Assembly: GCA_015494585.1 (NCBI GenBank)
Contig: WGAY01000064.1
Location: forward strand, 16,976-80,975
Direction: 5' to 3'
Source of the DNA: Candidatus Omnitrophota bacterium
GTDB lineage: Bacteria; Omnitrophota; Gorgyraeia; S143-82
Length of the DNA: 64,000 nucleotides
Positions within the stretch are counted from its first letter, which is position 1, and each line of letters begins with the position of its first letter. Under the pieces are notes generated by a model. It had not been told where the DNA came from. It ran no database searches and saw only the letters and a program-made list of their open reading frames with translations. The position numbers and the translations under genes are program-made. Positions 19,901-32,224 of this stretch are shown in pieces.

Positions 19901-20388
19901 CTGTCTTTGATGGGGCCTCAGAAGAAGAGATAAAGGAATATATGCGTCAGGCCGGGCTTCCTGAATACGGCAAGGTTACGGTATACGATGGCTATACTGG
20001 TGAGCCATTCGATCAGGAGGTAACGGTTGGCTATATGTATATAATGAAACTGATACATATGGTTGCAGAGAAGATACACGCTCGTGCAATAGGTCCATAT
20101 TCATTGATTACCCAGCAGCCGCTTGGCGGCAAGGCCCAATTCGGTGGACAGAGATTCGGTGAGATGGAGGTATGGGCCCTGGAAGGTTATGGTGCGGCCG
20201 CAACCCTTCACGAGATGCTCACAGTAAAGAGTGACGACGTCGAGGGCAGGACAAGGCTTTATGAGTCTATCGTAAAGGGCGAACCGCATCTTGAGGGTGG
20301 GACCCCTGAATCCTTTAATGTGTTGATGCGTGAGATAAGAGGTTTGGGACTTGACATAAAAGCGGAGAAGGAGAGACATGTTATTTAG
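16921..20388 (+). CDS. rpoB: RNA polymerase beta subunit
   Basis: [36 protein letters not shown]. Start set at ATG 16921, which has a GGAGG RBS. Confidence 0.99.
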   Translation: MKRISFGKVKEQAKIPYLLDLQVSSFENFLQMNVAPNKRKNQGLEAVFREIFPIDVPDKGVRLEYVSYTVSFPRYSMDEAKRRGVTYSAPLRVRFRIVTDEEAREQDVYMGEIPLVTPNASYIINGDERVIVNQLQRSPGVFFLEEEHPSGKPTYLSRIIPHRGAWLDFHFDYSEALVVQIDRRRTFNGADILRMFGYSTNDDIIKALGDDELIKGFEPTLKKSHNNDIESALLELHRKMRPTEPSTLEIAQNLFHRMFYDPRYYDLGEVGAFIVNRKLGIRVPSGKRVLTPDIVLESVKYLLRLQLGISGTPDDIDHLGNRRVKLTGELLQEQVRIALVRMERAIRERISILSEEDIKKLMPQQIINYKFLYNQIHDFYARSPLSQFMDQVNPLAETTHKRRLSALGPGGLSRERAGFEVRDIHPSHYGRICPIETPEGPNIGLINSIACYAKVNKLGFLETPYIKVENGKVTNKIEYLTADAEEDKIIANANTPIDENGRLVGPLVSCRHKGDFPQVPPEKVDYIDVSPKQLVSVAASLIPFLEHDDANRALMGSNMQRQAVPLMKTEPPLVGTGMEAKVARDSGAVVVAKEAGEVVYVDANRIVIKGRSGEIEYRLHKFERSNTNTCINQKPIVIPGQKVKRGQVIADGQATAGGELALGKNVLVAFMPWRGYNFEDAIVISENVVKEDTYTSIHIDEFEIEARETRLGNEEITRDIPGLSEEALKDLDENGIIRIGAEVKPGTVLVGKITPQTEKELSPEERLLRAIFGTKAGDVKNTSLIASPGVEGVVVRVEVFERKDPKKKTKKDRQMESAKIKEIEALYEKKLASLEKTKQEMLQEILGISARKASVMDLDALEGMKINEEEYEEAREVLLNYEENKRALLTDKQLEINQVKYGDDLKPGVLKKVVVYVATKRRLSVGDKLAGRHGNKGVIATIVPQEDMPFLADGTPVDVVLNPLGVPSRMNVGQILETHLGWAAKLLGLNFSCPVFDGASEEEIKEYMRQAGLPEYGKVTVYDGYTGEPFDQEVTVGYMYIMKLIHMVAEKIHARAIGPYSLITQQPLGGKAQFGGQRFGEMEVWALEGYGAAATLHEMLTVKSDDVEGRTRLYESIVKGEPHLEGGTPESFNVLMREIRGLGLDIKAEKERHVI

Positions 20389-23300
20389 TACAAAGACCGG
20401 ATTTGATCGTATAACTATCAAGATTGCTTCTCCTGAGGCTATTCGTTCCTGGTCCTATGGCGAGGTAAAGAAACCAGAGACGATTAACTACAGGACACTT
20501 AGGCCTGAAAAGGATGGCCTGTTTTGCGAGAGGATATTTGGTCCTGTTAAGGACTGGGAATGTAACTGCGGTAAGTATAAAGGGATGAAATATAAGGGTG
20601 TTGTATGCGATCGCTGTGGTGTCGAGATTACCCGTTCAACTGTCAGGCGTGAGAGAATGGGGCATATCCAGCTGGCTGCACCGGTGGTCCATATCTGGTT
20701 CTTCAAGGTAGTACCAAGCAGGCTGAGTGCGCTTTTGGGGATTACCTATAGGAATCTGGAAAAGATTATCTATTATGAAGAATTCATTGTAATAGATCCA
20801 GGAGATACTCCTCTTGCAAAGGGAGAGATGCTTACTATAGAGAGGTACTACGACTGTGTCGATAGGTACGGTGAGGGTAGTTTTGTTGCAAAAATAGGCG
20901 CGGAGGCCATTCGAGATCTCCTCATCGAGCTGGATATAGATAAAAAGATAAAAGAGATAAAAAAGCAGGTTGAAAAAGGTGGACAGAATGTAAAGAAACT
21001 TCTAAAGATATTGGCTATTCTCGAGGATTTCAGACGTTCTGGCAATGAACCAGAGTGGCTGGTTATGGATGTTTTGCCAGTGGTCCCACCTGATTTGCGT
21101 CCCTTAGTTCCCCTTGATGGAGGAAGATTTGCAACCAGCGATCTAAATGACCTCTATAGAAGAGTGATAAACCGCAATAACAGGTTGAAGAAGTTACTAG
21201 CGTTAAATGCTCCGGATATCATTATTAGAAATGAAAAGCGAATGCTTCAAGAGGCAGTAGATGCCTTATTTGATAATGGCAGGCACGGAAGGCCTGCGCT
21301 TGGCGCAAACAACAGGCCTTTGAAGTCATTGGCAGATATGCTCAAAGGTAAGCAGGGCAGGTTCAGACAGAATCTCCTAGGTAAAAGGGTGGATTACTCC
21401 GGCAGGTCTGTAATCGTCGTTGGTCCTAATCTCAAGATAAATGAGTGTGGTCTTCCTAAAGAAATGGCCCTTGAATTATTTGAGCCGTTTATAATAAGAA
21501 AGTTGAGGGAGCGCGGAATTGTCCATACCGTCAAAAGTGCGCGTAAAATGGTAGAACGTACGAAGATGGAGGTATGGGATATACTTGAAGAGGTGATACA
21601 GGACCACTATGTGCTTTTGAATCGTGCTCCAACACTCCATAGACTTAGTATTCAAGCATTTCAGCCCAAACTCGTAGAAGGTAAGTCAATAAGACTGCAT
21701 CCTCTGGTATGCGCTGCCTTTAATGCTGACTTTGATGGTGACCAGATGGCAGTCCATGTACCCCTGTCTCTGGAGGCCCAGGCCGAGGCAAGGGTAATAA
21801 TGAATGCCGCAAGGAACCTATTTTCTCCTGCAAATGGCAGGGCAATTGCAACCCCCAGTCAGGATATGGTACTGGGTATTGCATATATGACTAGAGAGAA
21901 TCCCGGGGCCAAAGGTGAGGGAATGGTCTTTGCGGATGAAGATGAGGTCCTCACGGCGTATTTGGATAGAGAAGTAGACTTGCATGCCAAGATAAAGGTG
22001 AGGATAAAAGGGCCTTATTATAAGCAAGAAGACTTCCCATCTGATAAGACACAGATAATAGACACCACGGTTGGCAGGGTAGTATTTAATTCCTACCTGC
22101 CGAAGGAGTTCCCATTCGTTAATCTGCCAATGGATAAAGGCAAGCTTGCCCAGTTAGTCAAAGATATATATGATGCCCTCGGGCATGAAGTTACTGTAAA
22201 TGTCCTGGATAGGATAAAGGAATTAGGCTTCAATGAGGCCACCTATTCAGGCCTTTCTATTTCCATTACTGACCTCAATATACCCAAGGAAAAGGAAAGA
22301 TTGATTGCCAGTGCACAGAAAGAGGCCAAGAGGATAGAAGAACAATATAAAAAGGGTCTCATTACAGAGGGAGAGCGCTACAGCAAGATTATAGACATAT
22401 GGACACATACTACAGAGGAAGTTTCAGATTATGTATTTAAGGAATTCGATAAGTTTAATCCATTATTCTTAATGGCTGATTCTGGTGCGCGTGGTTCCAA
22501 ACTCCAGATTAGGCAGCTTGCAGGTATGCGTGGCCTTATGGCTAAACCATCAGGTGAGATTATTGAAAATCCGATAGTGGCGAACTTCCGTGAGGGACTT
22601 AACGTATTGGAATACTTCCTTTCTGCGCACGGTGCGCGAAAGGGACTTGCCGACACGGCCTTAAAAACAGCAGATGCTGGCTACCTTACCAGAAGGTTAG
22701 TCGATGTCTCTCAGGATGTCATCGTATTGGAAGAGGACTGCGGTACACTTAACGGTATAGCAGTCAGTGCGATTGTTGAAGGTGATGAAGAGGTCGTCAG
22801 CCTTGAGGAAAGGATTATCGGAAGGACTGCACTTGACAATATCGTTGATGTTATCACGGATGAGGTAATAGTCAAGGCGGGTGAGGAGATCACAGAAGAA
22901 AGAGCGAGGAAAATAAAAGAGGCGGGTATAGAGACGGTCAGGATACGCAGTGTGCTTACCTGTGAATCTCAGCGTGGTGTCTGTGCTAAATGTTATGGCC
23001 GTAATCTTGCGACAGGAAAATTGGTTGAAGTCGGTGAGGCGGTCGGCATTGTTGCTGCCCAGTCTATTGGTGAGCCTGGCACGCAGCTTACAATGCGTAC
23101 CTTCCACATAGGTGGAACCGCTAGCCGTGTCGTTGAAAAGTCAACGATAGAGCCCAAACACGACGGTGTTATCACCTACCATGGTTTGAGGGTTGCTAAA
23201 AAGGCCGAAGGTTATGTTGTATTAAATAGAAATGGTTCCATTAGCATAAACGACAAATCTGGAAGGGAGTTTGAGAGATATCCAGTTCCTCAGGGAGCCC

Positions 23301-24394
23301 TTATTCTTGCCAAGGATAAATCTCCAGTCAAGGCAAAAGAGACAATAGTAAGGTGGGATCCGTATACCCAACCAATCCTTTCAGAGGTGGATGGCAAGGT
23401 GCGCTATGAAGACATCATTGAAAACGTTACTATAAAACAGCAGGTTAACGAGATATCTGGGATAAAAGAAAGAATAGTCCTAGAACACAGAGCAGATTAC
23501 CATCCCCAGATAGTGATAGTGAATAATAAAGGAGAAACGGTTGGGATTTATCCTATTCCAAGTGGAGCCCACATCCTTGTGGATGAGGGCCAGAAGATAG
23601 AGGCAGGAGATATCCTTGCCAAGCAGCCGAAGGTCGTTATAAAGACCAGGGATATTACCGGTGGTCTTCCAAGAGTTGCAGAACTCTTTGAAGCAAGAAA
23701 ACCAAAGGATCCGGCCATTATCAGTGAGATAGATGGATATGTTGAATTTGGTGAGAATAAGAAGGGACAGCGAAAGATAATAGTGAAGAGCCCTTCAGGT
23801 ATGGTGAAAGAATATACACTGCCACCGGGCAAACACCCAACTGTATATAAGGGTGATTATATAACTGCTGGCCAGCAGCTGACCGATGGCCCGGTTGTAT
23901 TGCAGGACATATTGCGCATCTGTGGTGATAGAGTCTTGCAAGAGTATCTAGTAAATGAAATCCAAGAGGTCTATCGCCTTCAGGGGGTTAAGATAAATGA
24001 TAAACATATTGAAGTAATCATCAGGCAGATGCTTAGAAAGGTTCAGGTAGAGGATCCTGGTGATAGTGACCTCTTGGCAGGTGACTATGTTGATAAACAC
24101 ACGCTCCTTGCAATCAACAAGGAACTGATAAAACAGGGTAAAAAGCCGGCCTCTTATGCACCGCTTCTGCTTGGTATTACCAAGGCAGCATTGCATACCG
24201 AGAGCTTTATCTCTGCTGCAAGCTTCCAGGAGACAGCAAGGGTCTTGACAGAAGCGGCCTGGGCTGGTAAAACAGATAGTCTTCATGGATTAAAGGAGAA
24301 CGTTATCGTCGGACATGTGATTCCGGCAGGAACTGGCGCAAAGGCAAATATCGTCGCTGCCGAGGATGAGGATCTAGAAGAGATACCATTGTGA
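20378..24394 (+). CDS. rpoC: RNA polymerase beta' subunit
   Basis: Zn finger, catalytic [16 protein letters not shown] followed by an SI3-type insertion, SAASFQET. Confidence 0.99.
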   Translation: MLFSTKTGFDRITIKIASPEAIRSWSYGEVKKPETINYRTLRPEKDGLFCERIFGPVKDWECNCGKYKGMKYKGVVCDRCGVEITRSTVRRERMGHIQLAAPVVHIWFFKVVPSRLSALLGITYRNLEKIIYYEEFIVIDPGDTPLAKGEMLTIERYYDCVDRYGEGSFVAKIGAEAIRDLLIELDIDKKIKEIKKQVEKGGQNVKKLLKILAILEDFRRSGNEPEWLVMDVLPVVPPDLRPLVPLDGGRFATSDLNDLYRRVINRNNRLKKLLALNAPDIIIRNEKRMLQEAVDALFDNGRHGRPALGANNRPLKSLADMLKGKQGRFRQNLLGKRVDYSGRSVIVVGPNLKINECGLPKEMALELFEPFIIRKLRERGIVHTVKSARKMVERTKMEVWDILEEVIQDHYVLLNRAPTLHRLSIQAFQPKLVEGKSIRLHPLVCAAFNADFDGDQMAVHVPLSLEAQAEARVIMNAARNLFSPANGRAIATPSQDMVLGIAYMTRENPGAKGEGMVFADEDEVLTAYLDREVDLHAKIKVRIKGPYYKQEDFPSDKTQIIDTTVGRVVFNSYLPKEFPFVNLPMDKGKLAQLVKDIYDALGHEVTVNVLDRIKELGFNEATYSGLSISITDLNIPKEKERLIASAQKEAKRIEEQYKKGLITEGERYSKIIDIWTHTTEEVSDYVFKEFDKFNPLFLMADSGARGSKLQIRQLAGMRGLMAKPSGEIIENPIVANFREGLNVLEYFLSAHGARKGLADTALKTADAGYLTRRLVDVSQDVIVLEEDCGTLNGIAVSAIVEGDEEVVSLEERIIGRTALDNIVDVITDEVIVKAGEEITEERARKIKEAGIETVRIRSVLTCESQRGVCAKCYGRNLATGKLVEVGEAVGIVAAQSIGEPGTQLTMRTFHIGGTASRVVEKSTIEPKHDGVITYHGLRVAKKAEGYVVLNRNGSISINDKSGREFERYPVPQGALILAKDKSPVKAKETIVRWDPYTQPILSEVDGKVRYEDIIENVTIKQQVNEISGIKERIVLEHRADYHPQIVIVNNKGETVGIYPIPSGAHILVDEGQKIEAGDILAKQPKVVIKTRDITGGLPRVAELFEARKPKDPAIISEIDGYVEFGENKKGQRKIIVKSPSGMVKEYTLPPGKHPTVYKGDYITAGQQLTDGPVVLQDILRICGDRVLQEYLVNEIQEVYRLQGVKINDKHIEVIIRQMLRKVQVEDPGDSDLLAGDYVDKHTLLAINKELIKQGKKPASYAPLLLGITKAALHTESFISAASFQETARVLTEAAWAGKTDSLHGLKENVIVGHVIPAGTGAKANIVAAEDEDLEEIPL

Positions 24395-24417
24395 TAAGTT
24401 AAGGAGGAAAGGAAGAT

Positions 24418-24792
24418 ATGCCAACGATCAATCAGCTGGTAAGAATCGGAAGGAAACCGAAGCCAAAGAAGTCAAAGTCTCCTGCATTAAAGGCATGCCC
24501 TCAAAGGAGAGGTGTGTGTGTGCAGGTCAGGACAATGACACCTAAAAAACCAAACTCAGCATTAAGAAAGATAGCAAGGGTTAGATTGACAACCGGAATA
24601 GAGGTTACTGCCTATATACCTGGTGAAGGCCATAACCTTCAGGAGCACTCTATTGTGCTTGTAAGGGGTGGACGTGTTAAGGACTTGCCAGGTGTCAGGT
24701 ATCATATAGTCCGCGGTGCTCTTGATACTGCGGGAGTAGAGGGCAGGAAGAAGTCAAGGTCGCTCTACGGAACCAAGCGACCTAAGAAATAA
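24418..24792 (+). CDS. rpsL: 30S ribosomal protein S12
   Basis: [31 protein letters not shown]. Confidence 0.99.
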   Translation: MPTINQLVRIGRKPKPKKSKSPALKACPQRRGVCVQVRTMTPKKPNSALRKIARVRLTTGIEVTAYIPGEGHNLQEHSIVLVRGGRVKDLPGVRYHIVRGALDTAGVEGRKKSRSLYGTKRPKK

Positions 24793-24806
24793 GGAGATAT
24801 GCTGAT

Positions 24807-25274
24807 ATGAGGAGAAGACGAGCTGAAAGACGACAGATATTACCGGATCCAGTTTATAAGAGTCAGAGAGTTGCCAAGTTTATTAATATGATAATGGTGA
24901 ACGGTAAAAAAAGCCTAGCGCAAAAGATAGTATACTCTGCGCTCAAAGCGCTTGGTGAAAAGACAGGAGAGGATGAATTAAAGGCCTTTTATAAGGCCTT
25001 GGATAATGTGAGGCCACGTGTTGAGGTCAGGCCCAGGCGCGTTGGAGGTGCTACCTATCAGATTCCAATGGAAGTGCCTGATTATCGCGGCTATTTCCTT
25101 GCAATGAAGTGGATACGCGACCTTGCCCGTGCGAGAAAGGGCAAACCAATGCACGAAAAATTGGCAGATGAATTGTTGTCTGCATATAAGGGTGAAGGTG
25201 GAGCTGTAAAGAAAAAAGATGACACTCATAAAATGGCAGAGGCAAACAAGGCCTTTGCCCACTTTAGATGGTAA
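24807..25274 (+). CDS. rpsG: 30S ribosomal protein S7
   Basis: [26 protein letters not shown]. Confidence 0.99.
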   Translation: MRRRRAERRQILPDPVYKSQRVAKFINMIMVNGKKSLAQKIVYSALKALGEKTGEDELKAFYKALDNVRPRVEVRPRRVGGATYQIPMEVPDYRGYFLAMKWIRDLARARKGKPMHEKLADELLSAYKGEGGAVKKKDDTHKMAEANKAFAHFRW

Positions 25275-25286
25275 GGAGAGGGAAGT

Positions 25287-27374
25287 ATGCCAAGAGAAAT
25301 GCCATTAGATAAGATACGCAATATCGGAATAATAGCGCACATAGACGCTGGTAAGACGACTACCACTGAAAGGATTTTGTTTTATACCGGTCGTGTGCAT
25401 AAGATAGGCGAAGTCCACGATGGAACAGCTACGACTGATTGGATGGAGCAGGAGAGGGAAAGGGGTATTACTATCACCTCTGCAAGTACTAGTTGTCGCT
25501 GGCGTGATTGCCAAATAAATATAATAGATACTCCTGGGCACGTTGACTTTACTGTCGAAGTAGAGCGTTCGTTAAAAGTGTTAGACGGAGCAGTTGTCGT
25601 GTTCTGTGCTGTTGGGGGTGTTCAGCCTCAGACAGAGACAGTATGGCGCCAGGCGGATAAATATAGCGTTCCACGAATTGCCTTTGTAAACAAGATGGAT
25701 AGAATTGGCGCTGACTTTTACGAGGTGTTAAACCAGATGCATGAACGCCTTGGCAGCCATGCCGCTCCAATCCAACTTCCCATTGGTAAAGAAGATTCGT
25801 TTAAGGGTGTAATTGACCTTGTTGAGTGGAATATGCGCATCTATAAAGACGACCTTGGCAAGGAAATGGAGATATTGGATATAAGCGATGACTTACTGGA
25901 AGAGGCAAGGAAGTGGAAGGACAACCTCATAGAGAGGTTGGGCGAGGTTGACGATACGATAATGGAAAAGTATCTTGAGGGTGAGGAGATATCAAAAGAA
26001 GAGCTGAAAGCGGCTATCCGCAGGACAGTCGTAAAAAATAAATTCTGCCCCGTGTTGTGTGGAACAGCACTTAAGAACAAAGGCGTTCAGCTCTTGTTAG
26101 ATGCGGTATGCGATTATCTGCCTTCGCCTATAGATATTCCGGCAATAAAAGGACAGAATCCAAAGACAGGAGAATATGAGGAAAGAGTCCCTTCAGATGA
26201 GGCCCCGTTCTGTGGACTTGCATTTAAGATAATGACAGATCCATATGTCGGTAAATTAACCTATGTACGCGTATATTCTGGGACACTTTCATCTGGAGTA
26301 TATGTCTATAACTCTACCCGCCGTGCCAAGGAACGCGTTTCTAAGATCGTCAGGATGCATGCGAACAGGCAGGAGATAGTAAAAGAGATATTTACCGGTG
26401 ACATAGTAGCCTTTGTCGGTTTAAAAGAAACACGCACGGGTGATACCCTTTGCGATGAGCAATATCCCATCATACTTGAATCTATGAAATTCCCAGAGCC
26501 GGTTATATCTCTATCTATTGAGCCAAAGACAAAGGCAGATCAGGATAAACTTGCAATGGCGTTGAAAAAGTTTGAGGAAGAAGATCCCACGTTTCAGGTT
26601 CGTTACAATGCTGAAACCGGCCAGACCCTTATCTCTGGCATGGGACAGCTCCATTTGGAGATTATCGTTGATAGGATGAAAAGGGAATTCAATGTAGATG
26701 CCAATATCGGGACACCAGAGGTCGCTTATAGAGAGACGATATTAAAGTCCGTAAAGAGCGAAGGCAAGTATATCCAGCAGTCTGGTGGACGCGGACAATA
26801 TGGGCACGTTGTTGTTGAAATAGAGCCAGGAGAGAGAGGTTCTGGCATAGAGTTTGTGGATAAGATCAAAGGCGGTGTTATCCCTAAGGAATACATCCCA
26901 GCGGTCAAAGATGGTATTTTAAGTGAGGCGCAAAATGGTGTTCTCGCTGGTTATCCACTTACAGATATAAAAGTTACCTTGATAGACGGTTCCTTCCACG
27001 AGGTCGACTCCTCGGAATTTGCCTTTAAACTTGCTGCCTCAATAGCATTAAGTGATGGTGCAAAAAAGGCGGGCCTTGTGTTGCTGGAGCCGATAATGGA
27101 TATAGAGGTTACAGTCCCTGAGGAATATATGGGCACGGTTATTGGTGATTTAAATAGCCGTAGGTGTAAGATTACTTCTCTGGGACAGAGAGGCCATTTA
27201 AAGGTTGTCAGGGGCGATATCCCTCTTGCAGAGACTTTTGACTATGCTAATGTATTGAGATCCTTGACACAGGGCCGAGGAACGTATACAATGGAGCCTT
27301 CATACTATGCTGAGGTTCCGTCTAATGTTGCGGAAAAGATTATAGGGAAAAGAAACGCAGGTAAAAGCGAATAA
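25287..27374 (+). CDS. fusA: Elongation factor G
   Basis: [36 protein letters not shown]. Confidence 0.99.
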   Translation: MPREMPLDKIRNIGIIAHIDAGKTTTTERILFYTGRVHKIGEVHDGTATTDWMEQERERGITITSASTSCRWRDCQINIIDTPGHVDFTVEVERSLKVLDGAVVVFCAVGGVQPQTETVWRQADKYSVPRIAFVNKMDRIGADFYEVLNQMHERLGSHAAPIQLPIGKEDSFKGVIDLVEWNMRIYKDDLGKEMEILDISDDLLEEARKWKDNLIERLGEVDDTIMEKYLEGEEISKEELKAAIRRTVVKNKFCPVLCGTALKNKGVQLLLDAVCDYLPSPIDIPAIKGQNPKTGEYEERVPSDEAPFCGLAFKIMTDPYVGKLTYVRVYSGTLSSGVYVYNSTRRAKERVSKIVRMHANRQEIVKEIFTGDIVAFVGLKETRTGDTLCDEQYPIILESMKFPEPVISLSIEPKTKADQDKLAMALKKFEEEDPTFQVRYNAETGQTLISGMGQLHLEIIVDRMKREFNVDANIGTPEVAYRETILKSVKSEGKYIQQSGGRGQYGHVVVEIEPGERGSGIEFVDKIKGGVIPKEYIPAVKDGILSEAQNGVLAGYPLTDIKVTLIDGSFHEVDSSEFAFKLAASIALSDGAKKAGLVLLEPIMDIEVTVPEEYMGTVIGDLNSRRCKITSLGQRGHLKVVRGDIPLAETFDYANVLRSLTQGRGTYTMEPSYYAEVPSNVAEKIIGKRNAGKSE

Positions 27375-27396
27375 AAAACAGCAGGAGGTGTAGGAG

Positions 27397-28599
27397 ATGG
27401 CAAAAGAAAAATTTGTGCGTACCAAGCCACACGTGAACATTGGTACAATCGGCCACGTTGACCATGGTAAGACGACATTGACTTCAGCTATCACAAAGAT
27501 ACTTGCCCAGAGGGGAATGGCAGAGGCAAGGGAATATGATCAGATAGATAACGCACCCGAGGAAAAGCAGAGGGGCGTTACCATAAACATTGCTCACGTT
27601 GAGTACCAGACAGACAAGCGCCACTATGCACACATCGACTGCCCTGGCCACGCCGACTATATCAAAAATATGATTACTGGTGCAGCCCAGATGGATGGCT
27701 CTATATTGGTCGTTGCTGCAACCGACGGACCAATGCCTCAGACAAGAGAGCACATCCTCCTTGCTCGTCAGGTTAACGTTCCTGCTATCGTTGTCTTTAT
27801 GAACAAAGTGGATCAGGTTGACGATCCAGAGCTTCTAGACCTGGTTGAAATGGAGATAAGGGAGCTCTTGAGTAAATATGAATATCCTGGTGATGATGTC
27901 CCAATTATCAGGGGTAGTGCATTAAAGGCAATGGAGTGCGGCTGTGGTAAGGATGATTGTCCTAACTGTAAGCCAATAATCGAGCTTATGAATGCAGTTG
28001 ATGAATACATCCCTGACCCTGTTCGTGAGATAGACAAGCCATTCCTTATGGCAGTTGAGGACGTATTCTCCATCTCTGGTCGTGGAACCGTTGCCACAGG
28101 TAGGATAGAGAGGGGTATTGTCAAGGTCGGTGACGAGGTTGAGGTCGTTGGCTTTGACAATAAGATAGGCAAGACAGTTGTTACCGGTATAGAGATGTTC
28201 CGCAAGATACTCGATGAAGGTCAGGCCGGTGATAATGTTGGTCTTCTTTTAAGAGGTGTTGACAAAAAGGACCTCAAGAGAGGTATGGTATTAGCAGCAC
28301 CTGGCAGCATTACCCCTCATACTAAGTTTAAGGGACAGGTTTACGTCCTTAGCAAGGAAGAGGGTGGACGTCACAAACCATTCTTCAATGGTTACAGGCC
28401 TCAGTTCTACTTCCGTACGACTGACGTTACCGGTACAATAAAACTGCCTGAGGGCGTTGAGATGGTTATGCCGGGTGATAACGTCACCTTTGAGGTAGAA
28501 TTAATAGCTCCAGTCGCCCTTGAAAAGGAGCTAAGGTTTGCGATCCGTGAAGGCGGAAAGACTATAGGTAAAGGCGTTGTTACTGAGATCATTGAATAA
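27397..28599 (+). CDS. tuf: Elongation factor Tu with a Cys-rich insertion
   Basis: [35 protein letters not shown]; insertion [11 protein letters not shown]. Confidence 0.99.
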   Translation: MAKEKFVRTKPHVNIGTIGHVDHGKTTLTSAITKILAQRGMAEAREYDQIDNAPEEKQRGVTINIAHVEYQTDKRHYAHIDCPGHADYIKNMITGAAQMDGSILVVAATDGPMPQTREHILLARQVNVPAIVVFMNKVDQVDDPELLDLVEMEIRELLSKYEYPGDDVPIIRGSALKAMECGCGKDDCPNCKPIIELMNAVDEYIPDPVREIDKPFLMAVEDVFSISGRGTVATGRIERGIVKVGDEVEVVGFDNKIGKTVVTGIEMFRKILDEGQAGDNVGLLLRGVDKKDLKRGMVLAAPGSITPHTKFKGQVYVLSKEEGGRHKPFFNGYRPQFYFRTTDVTGTIKLPEGVEMVMPGDNVTFEVELIAPVALEKELRFAIREGGKTIGKGVVTEIIE

Positions 28600-28632
28600 A
28601 CTGAAAAAAGTAAAAGGCGGTTGTTCTTTATC

Positions 28633-28941
28633 ATGGCAGAGCAGAGAATAAGGATAAAATTAAGGTCTTACGAGCACAGGATACTCGATCGTTCTGTAAA
28701 AGAGATAGTTGCATCTGCTCAGCGGACAGGCGCAAAGGTTGTTGGGCCTATACCTCTTCCCACGAAGAAAGAGGTCTATACCGTGCTTCGGTCACCGGTT
28801 ATAGATAAGAAATCAAGGGAACAGTTTGAGGTAAGGACACATAAAAGGTTGCTTGAGATAGTCAGCCCGACGGCCAAGACAATAGATGCGCTGAAGAAGT
28901 TGAATCTTCCCGCTGGCGTAGATGTAGAAATAAAGATGTAA
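28633..28941 (+). CDS. rpsJ: 30S ribosomal protein S10
   Basis: [28 protein letters not shown] 28633. Confidence 0.97.
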   Translation: MAEQRIRIKLRSYEHRILDRSVKEIVASAQRTGAKVVGPIPLPTKKEVYTVLRSPVIDKKSREQFEVRTHKRLLEIVSPTAKTIDALKKLNLPAGVDVEIKM

Positions 28942-28964
28942 TTGGTTCGATTTGGATATGGACT

Positions 28965-28996
28965 TTAAGGCGCAGAGGATTTCCTCTGCGCCTTAA
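28965..28996. repeat. Perfect 14-bp inverted repeat (hairpin) between rpsJ and rplC
   Basis: TTAAGGCGCAGAGG-ATTT-CCTCTGCGCCTTAA. Confidence 0.9.
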
Positions 28997-29061
28997 GGAA
29001 TTGTCTTATCAGCCTGGTGGTCTATAGGACTGTCAGGTTGCGCTGGACAGAGGAGGTTTTT

Positions 29062-29688
29062 ATGATAGAGGGTTTATATGGTAGAAAACTGGGTATGACC
29101 CAGATATTCGATGAAGACGGCAGGCTCTTGCCGGTTACGGTTATAGAGATATTTCCTGCCCAGGTCCTGGCAGTTAAGAAGTTTCCTTCTGGAAAGGTCA
29201 ACGTCCAGATAGCCTTTGGTGAGACAAAGGAAAAGCATATCTCAAAGCCAGTCCTTGGTATATTCAAAAAATTAGGATTAGAGCCTAAGAGATATATAAA
29301 AGAGGTAGCATTGAAAGGCGAGAGCGAACCAGAGATTGGTCAGGAGATTTCGATAGACTTGTTTGAAGAGGTTAAGAAAGTTGATGTTATAGGTCGCTCT
29401 AAGGGACGTGGTTTCCAGGGCGGTGTTAAGCGCTGGGGATGGTCCGGCGGGCCTGATACCCATGGTTCTATGTCTCACAGGGTAATCGGTTCCCTTGGGC
29501 CAGGTACTTATCCTGGAAGGGTTATAAAGGGAAGACACCTTCCTGGTCATATGGGGAATGAGCGTGTAACAGTGCAGAATCTAAAAGTGTTGCAGATAGA
29601 TAAGGACAACAATGTCCTTATTATAAAGGGTTCTGTACCTGGTGCGATTAAGTCTATGGTATTTGTTCGCAAGGCCAAAAAGGCCTGA
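29062..29688 (+). CDS. rplC: 50S ribosomal protein L3
   Basis: GRKLGMTQIF, SKGRGFQGGVKRWG, PGHMG. ATG 29062 follows AGGAGG. Confidence 0.97.
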   Translation: MIEGLYGRKLGMTQIFDEDGRLLPVTVIEIFPAQVLAVKKFPSGKVNVQIAFGETKEKHISKPVLGIFKKLGLEPKRYIKEVALKGESEPEIGQEISIDLFEEVKKVDVIGRSKGRGFQGGVKRWGWSGGPDTHGSMSHRVIGSLGPGTYPGRVIKGRHLPGHMGNERVTVQNLKVLQIDKDNNVLIIKGSVPGAIKSMVFVRKAKKA

Positions 29689-29714
29689 TTGTCCTTGGAA
29701 GGAGAGGTGCTGAG

Positions 29715-30365
29715 ATGGAAATAGAGGTGAAAGATATACAGGGAACACCACAAGGAAAAAAGACAGTAAACATGACAGAGATACCTGTAAAGGGGAGTGG
29801 AAATAATTCTCTTTACTTCTATGTCAAGGCCTACCTTGCGAATCAAAGGGCAGGTACTGCATCTACCAAGACCAGGGGAGAGGTCTCTGGTGGTGGTAGG
29901 AAACCCTGGAGACAGAAAGGAACAGGTCGTGCAAGGGTTGGTTCTATAAGGTCGCCTCTCTGGCGTGGTGGTGGTATAACCTTTGGCCCAAAGCCAAGGG
30001 ACTTTGGTGAGAAAATATCGCGTTCTCTGAGACTTTCTGCCTATAGGGCTGCCTTAAAGAAGGCAATAGAGGATGAAAAGATAACTATAGTTAAAGGATT
30101 AGATGCTGATTCTATTAAGACAAAGGATTTTTATAATAGACTTTCTTCTCTTGGTGTAAAACCGGGGATTGATAATTGTCTTATCGTTGTCAATCAAATC
30201 AGTAATAATTTATATCTCTCGTCTCGTAACATTCCTGATGTGTGGGTGTTGCTTGCAAAAGATGTTAATCCCTATGACTTGTTATGGGCGGAGAAGATAT
30301 TGGTAGATGAAGAGGCCTGGGAAGTGCTTTGGAATAGAATTCAAAAGAAAGGGATTGACAAATGA
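29715..30365 (+). CDS. rplD: 50S ribosomal protein L4
   Basis: TKTRGEVSGGGRKPWRQKGTGRAR. Confidence 0.98.
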   Translation: MEIEVKDIQGTPQGKKTVNMTEIPVKGSGNNSLYFYVKAYLANQRAGTASTKTRGEVSGGGRKPWRQKGTGRARVGSIRSPLWRGGGITFGPKPRDFGEKISRSLRLSAYRAALKKAIEDEKITIVKGLDADSIKTKDFYNRLSSLGVKPGIDNCLIVVNQISNNLYLSSRNIPDVWVLLAKDVNPYDLLWAEKILVDEEAWEVLWNRIQKKGIDK

Positions 30366-30646
30366 AGACAAAGTACGATATAATCAAATTCTTATACCAA
30401 TCAGAGAAGGCAGTGGCTCAAGAAGGCTACAACAAATACACTTTTGTCGTGCCTAAAAGTGTAAATAAGATAGAGATACGCAATGCAGTGGAAGAAATAT
30501 TTAACGTAAAGGTCAAGCAGGTCAATACGATGATTATGCCGGGAAAGCCTAAGAGATTAAGATTCGGCCAGGAAGGCCATACCGGCGAATGGAAGAAGGC
30601 AATAGTTACTCTGGAAAAGGGACATAAAATAGAAACAGGAAGTTGA
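30362..30646 (+). CDS. rplW: 50S ribosomal protein L23
   Basis: [25 protein letters not shown]. Confidence 0.96.
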   Translation: MKTKYDIIKFLYQSEKAVAQEGYNKYTFVVPKSVNKIEIRNAVEEIFNVKVKQVNTMIMPGKPKRLRFGQEGHTGEWKKAIVTLEKGHKIETGS

Positions 30647-30648
30647 TT

Positions 30649-31488
30649 ATGGGTATAAAGAGATTTAGGCCAGTTACACCGTCAAGACGCTGGATGACGG
30701 GATATACCTTTGAAGAGATAACAAAGACAGAGCCAGAAAAGTCTTTGCTTGCACCTTTAAAGAAGACCGGCGGAAGGAATGTCTATGGCCGCATTACGAT
30801 GAGGCATAGAGGCGGTGGCCATAAGAGGAGATACAGGATAATAGATTTCAAGAGAAATAAATTTGATATGCCCGCAAAAGTTGTCTCTATAGAGTATGAC
30901 CCCAATAGAACAGCAAGGATTGCATTGCTTGAATATGAAGATGGTGAGAAGAGGTACATAATAGCCCCGGTTGGACTTAAAGTGGGTGATACGGTTGTGA
31001 GTTCAAAGACTCAGCCAGTAGAGGTAAAACCAGGTAATGCAATGCCATTGAGATTTATTCCACTTGGAACTGTGCTTAATAGCCTGGAACTTTCTCCTGG
31101 AAAAGGTGGGCAGATTGCCCGTTCGGCTGGCTCTAGTGTGCAATTAATGGCAAAAGAAGGCAAATATGCTCACATAAGGATGCCGTCAGGAGAGGTAAGA
31201 TTGTTCTTGCAGGATTGTCTTGCGGTTATTGGACAAGTAAGCAATCCAGAGAAGGATTCAATCTCTATTGGGAAGGCGGGAAGAAAACGTTGGCTTGGAC
31301 GCAGGCCAATTGTCCGTGGTGTTGCGATGAATCCGATAGACCATCCACATGGTGGTGGTGAAGGACGCGCTCCTCAGGGTAACCCTCATCCTGTTAGCCC
31401 ATGGGGATGGATTACTAAGGGTAAGAAGACGCGCAAGCCTAAGGCATCGGATAGACTTATTGTCCGAAGGAGAAAGAGTAAGAAATAA
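30649..31488 (+). CDS. rplB: 50S ribosomal protein L2
   Basis: [30 protein letters not shown]. Confidence 0.98.
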   Translation: MGIKRFRPVTPSRRWMTGYTFEEITKTEPEKSLLAPLKKTGGRNVYGRITMRHRGGGHKRRYRIIDFKRNKFDMPAKVVSIEYDPNRTARIALLEYEDGEKRYIIAPVGLKVGDTVVSSKTQPVEVKPGNAMPLRFIPLGTVLNSLELSPGKGGQIARSAGSSVQLMAKEGKYAHIRMPSGEVRLFLQDCLAVIGQVSNPEKDSISIGKAGRKRWLGRRPIVRGVAMNPIDHPHGGGEGRAPQGNPHPVSPWGWITKGKKTRKPKASDRLIVRRRKSKK

Positions 31489-31503
31489 TTAAGGAGATAG
31501 AAT

Positions 31504-31791
31504 ATGGCACGATCCTTAAAGAAAGGGCCTTTTGTTGATGCTAAATTGCTCAAAAAGGTAATGAAGGCAAAGGAGACAGGCGATAGGTCTCCTATAAAGA
31601 CCTGGTCCCGCAGGTCAGATATAGTCCCTGAATTTGTTGGCCATACGTTTTCTGTCTATGACGGCCACAAATTCGTTTCGGTCTATGTTACAGAAAATAT
31701 GGTTGGCCATAAATTAGGGGAGTTTGTTCCCACACGCAAGTTCATAAATCACGGCGGTGTTAAGGCCAAGAAGGCAATGGCCAAGAAGTAA
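31504..31791 (+). CDS. rpsS: 30S ribosomal protein S19
   Basis: [19 protein letters not shown]. Confidence 0.98.
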   Translation: MARSLKKGPFVDAKLLKKVMKAKETGDRSPIKTWSRRSDIVPEFVGHTFSVYDGHKFVSVYVTENMVGHKLGEFVPTRKFINHGGVKAKKAMAKK

Positions 31792-31803
31792 AGAGAGGTT
31801 GAG

Positions 31804-32223
31804 ATGGTTGCGAGCGCAAGGGCAAAATATATAAGAATGTCACCTCGGAAATTGAGATACGTAGTTGATACATTAAGAAATAGAAGCATACTTGAGGCAG
31901 AGCAGGTATTGCTCGGTATAAACAAAAGGGGCAAATATCCTGTATATAAAGTGATAAAGTCAGCGGTAAGCAATGCCCTTCAGAAAAATATTCCATTAGA
32001 AGCTCTTTATATATCAAAGATAACCGTTGATCCCGGCCCCATATGGAAGAGATACCGTGCAGGTACAATGGGCAGGGCAATGCCAATAAGGAAGAGGACG
32101 TCTCATATTACAGTGGAATTAGATGTGCGTTATCCTGAGATGCCGCTTCCCTCACAGGGCCTTGATGAAGATGTAGATAAGACAGAACAACAAGCACAAC
32201 AGGAACAAGGAGAAAAGGAATAG
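31804..32223 (+). CDS. rplV: 50S ribosomal protein L22 with acidic C-terminal tail
   Basis: RMSPRKLR, IRKRTSHITV. Confidence 0.96.
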   Translation: MVASARAKYIRMSPRKLRYVVDTLRNRSILEAEQVLLGINKRGKYPVYKVIKSAVSNALQKNIPLEALYISKITVDPGPIWKRYRAGTMGRAMPIRKRTSHITVELDVRYPEMPLPSQGLDEDVDKTEQQAQQEQGEKE

Positions 32224-32224
32224 T

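Noticed and set aside
16921-24394. Inteins or introns in rpoB/rpoC
   Set aside because: Lengths are normal, conserved blocks are collinear, and no intein termini or endonuclease motifs were seen.
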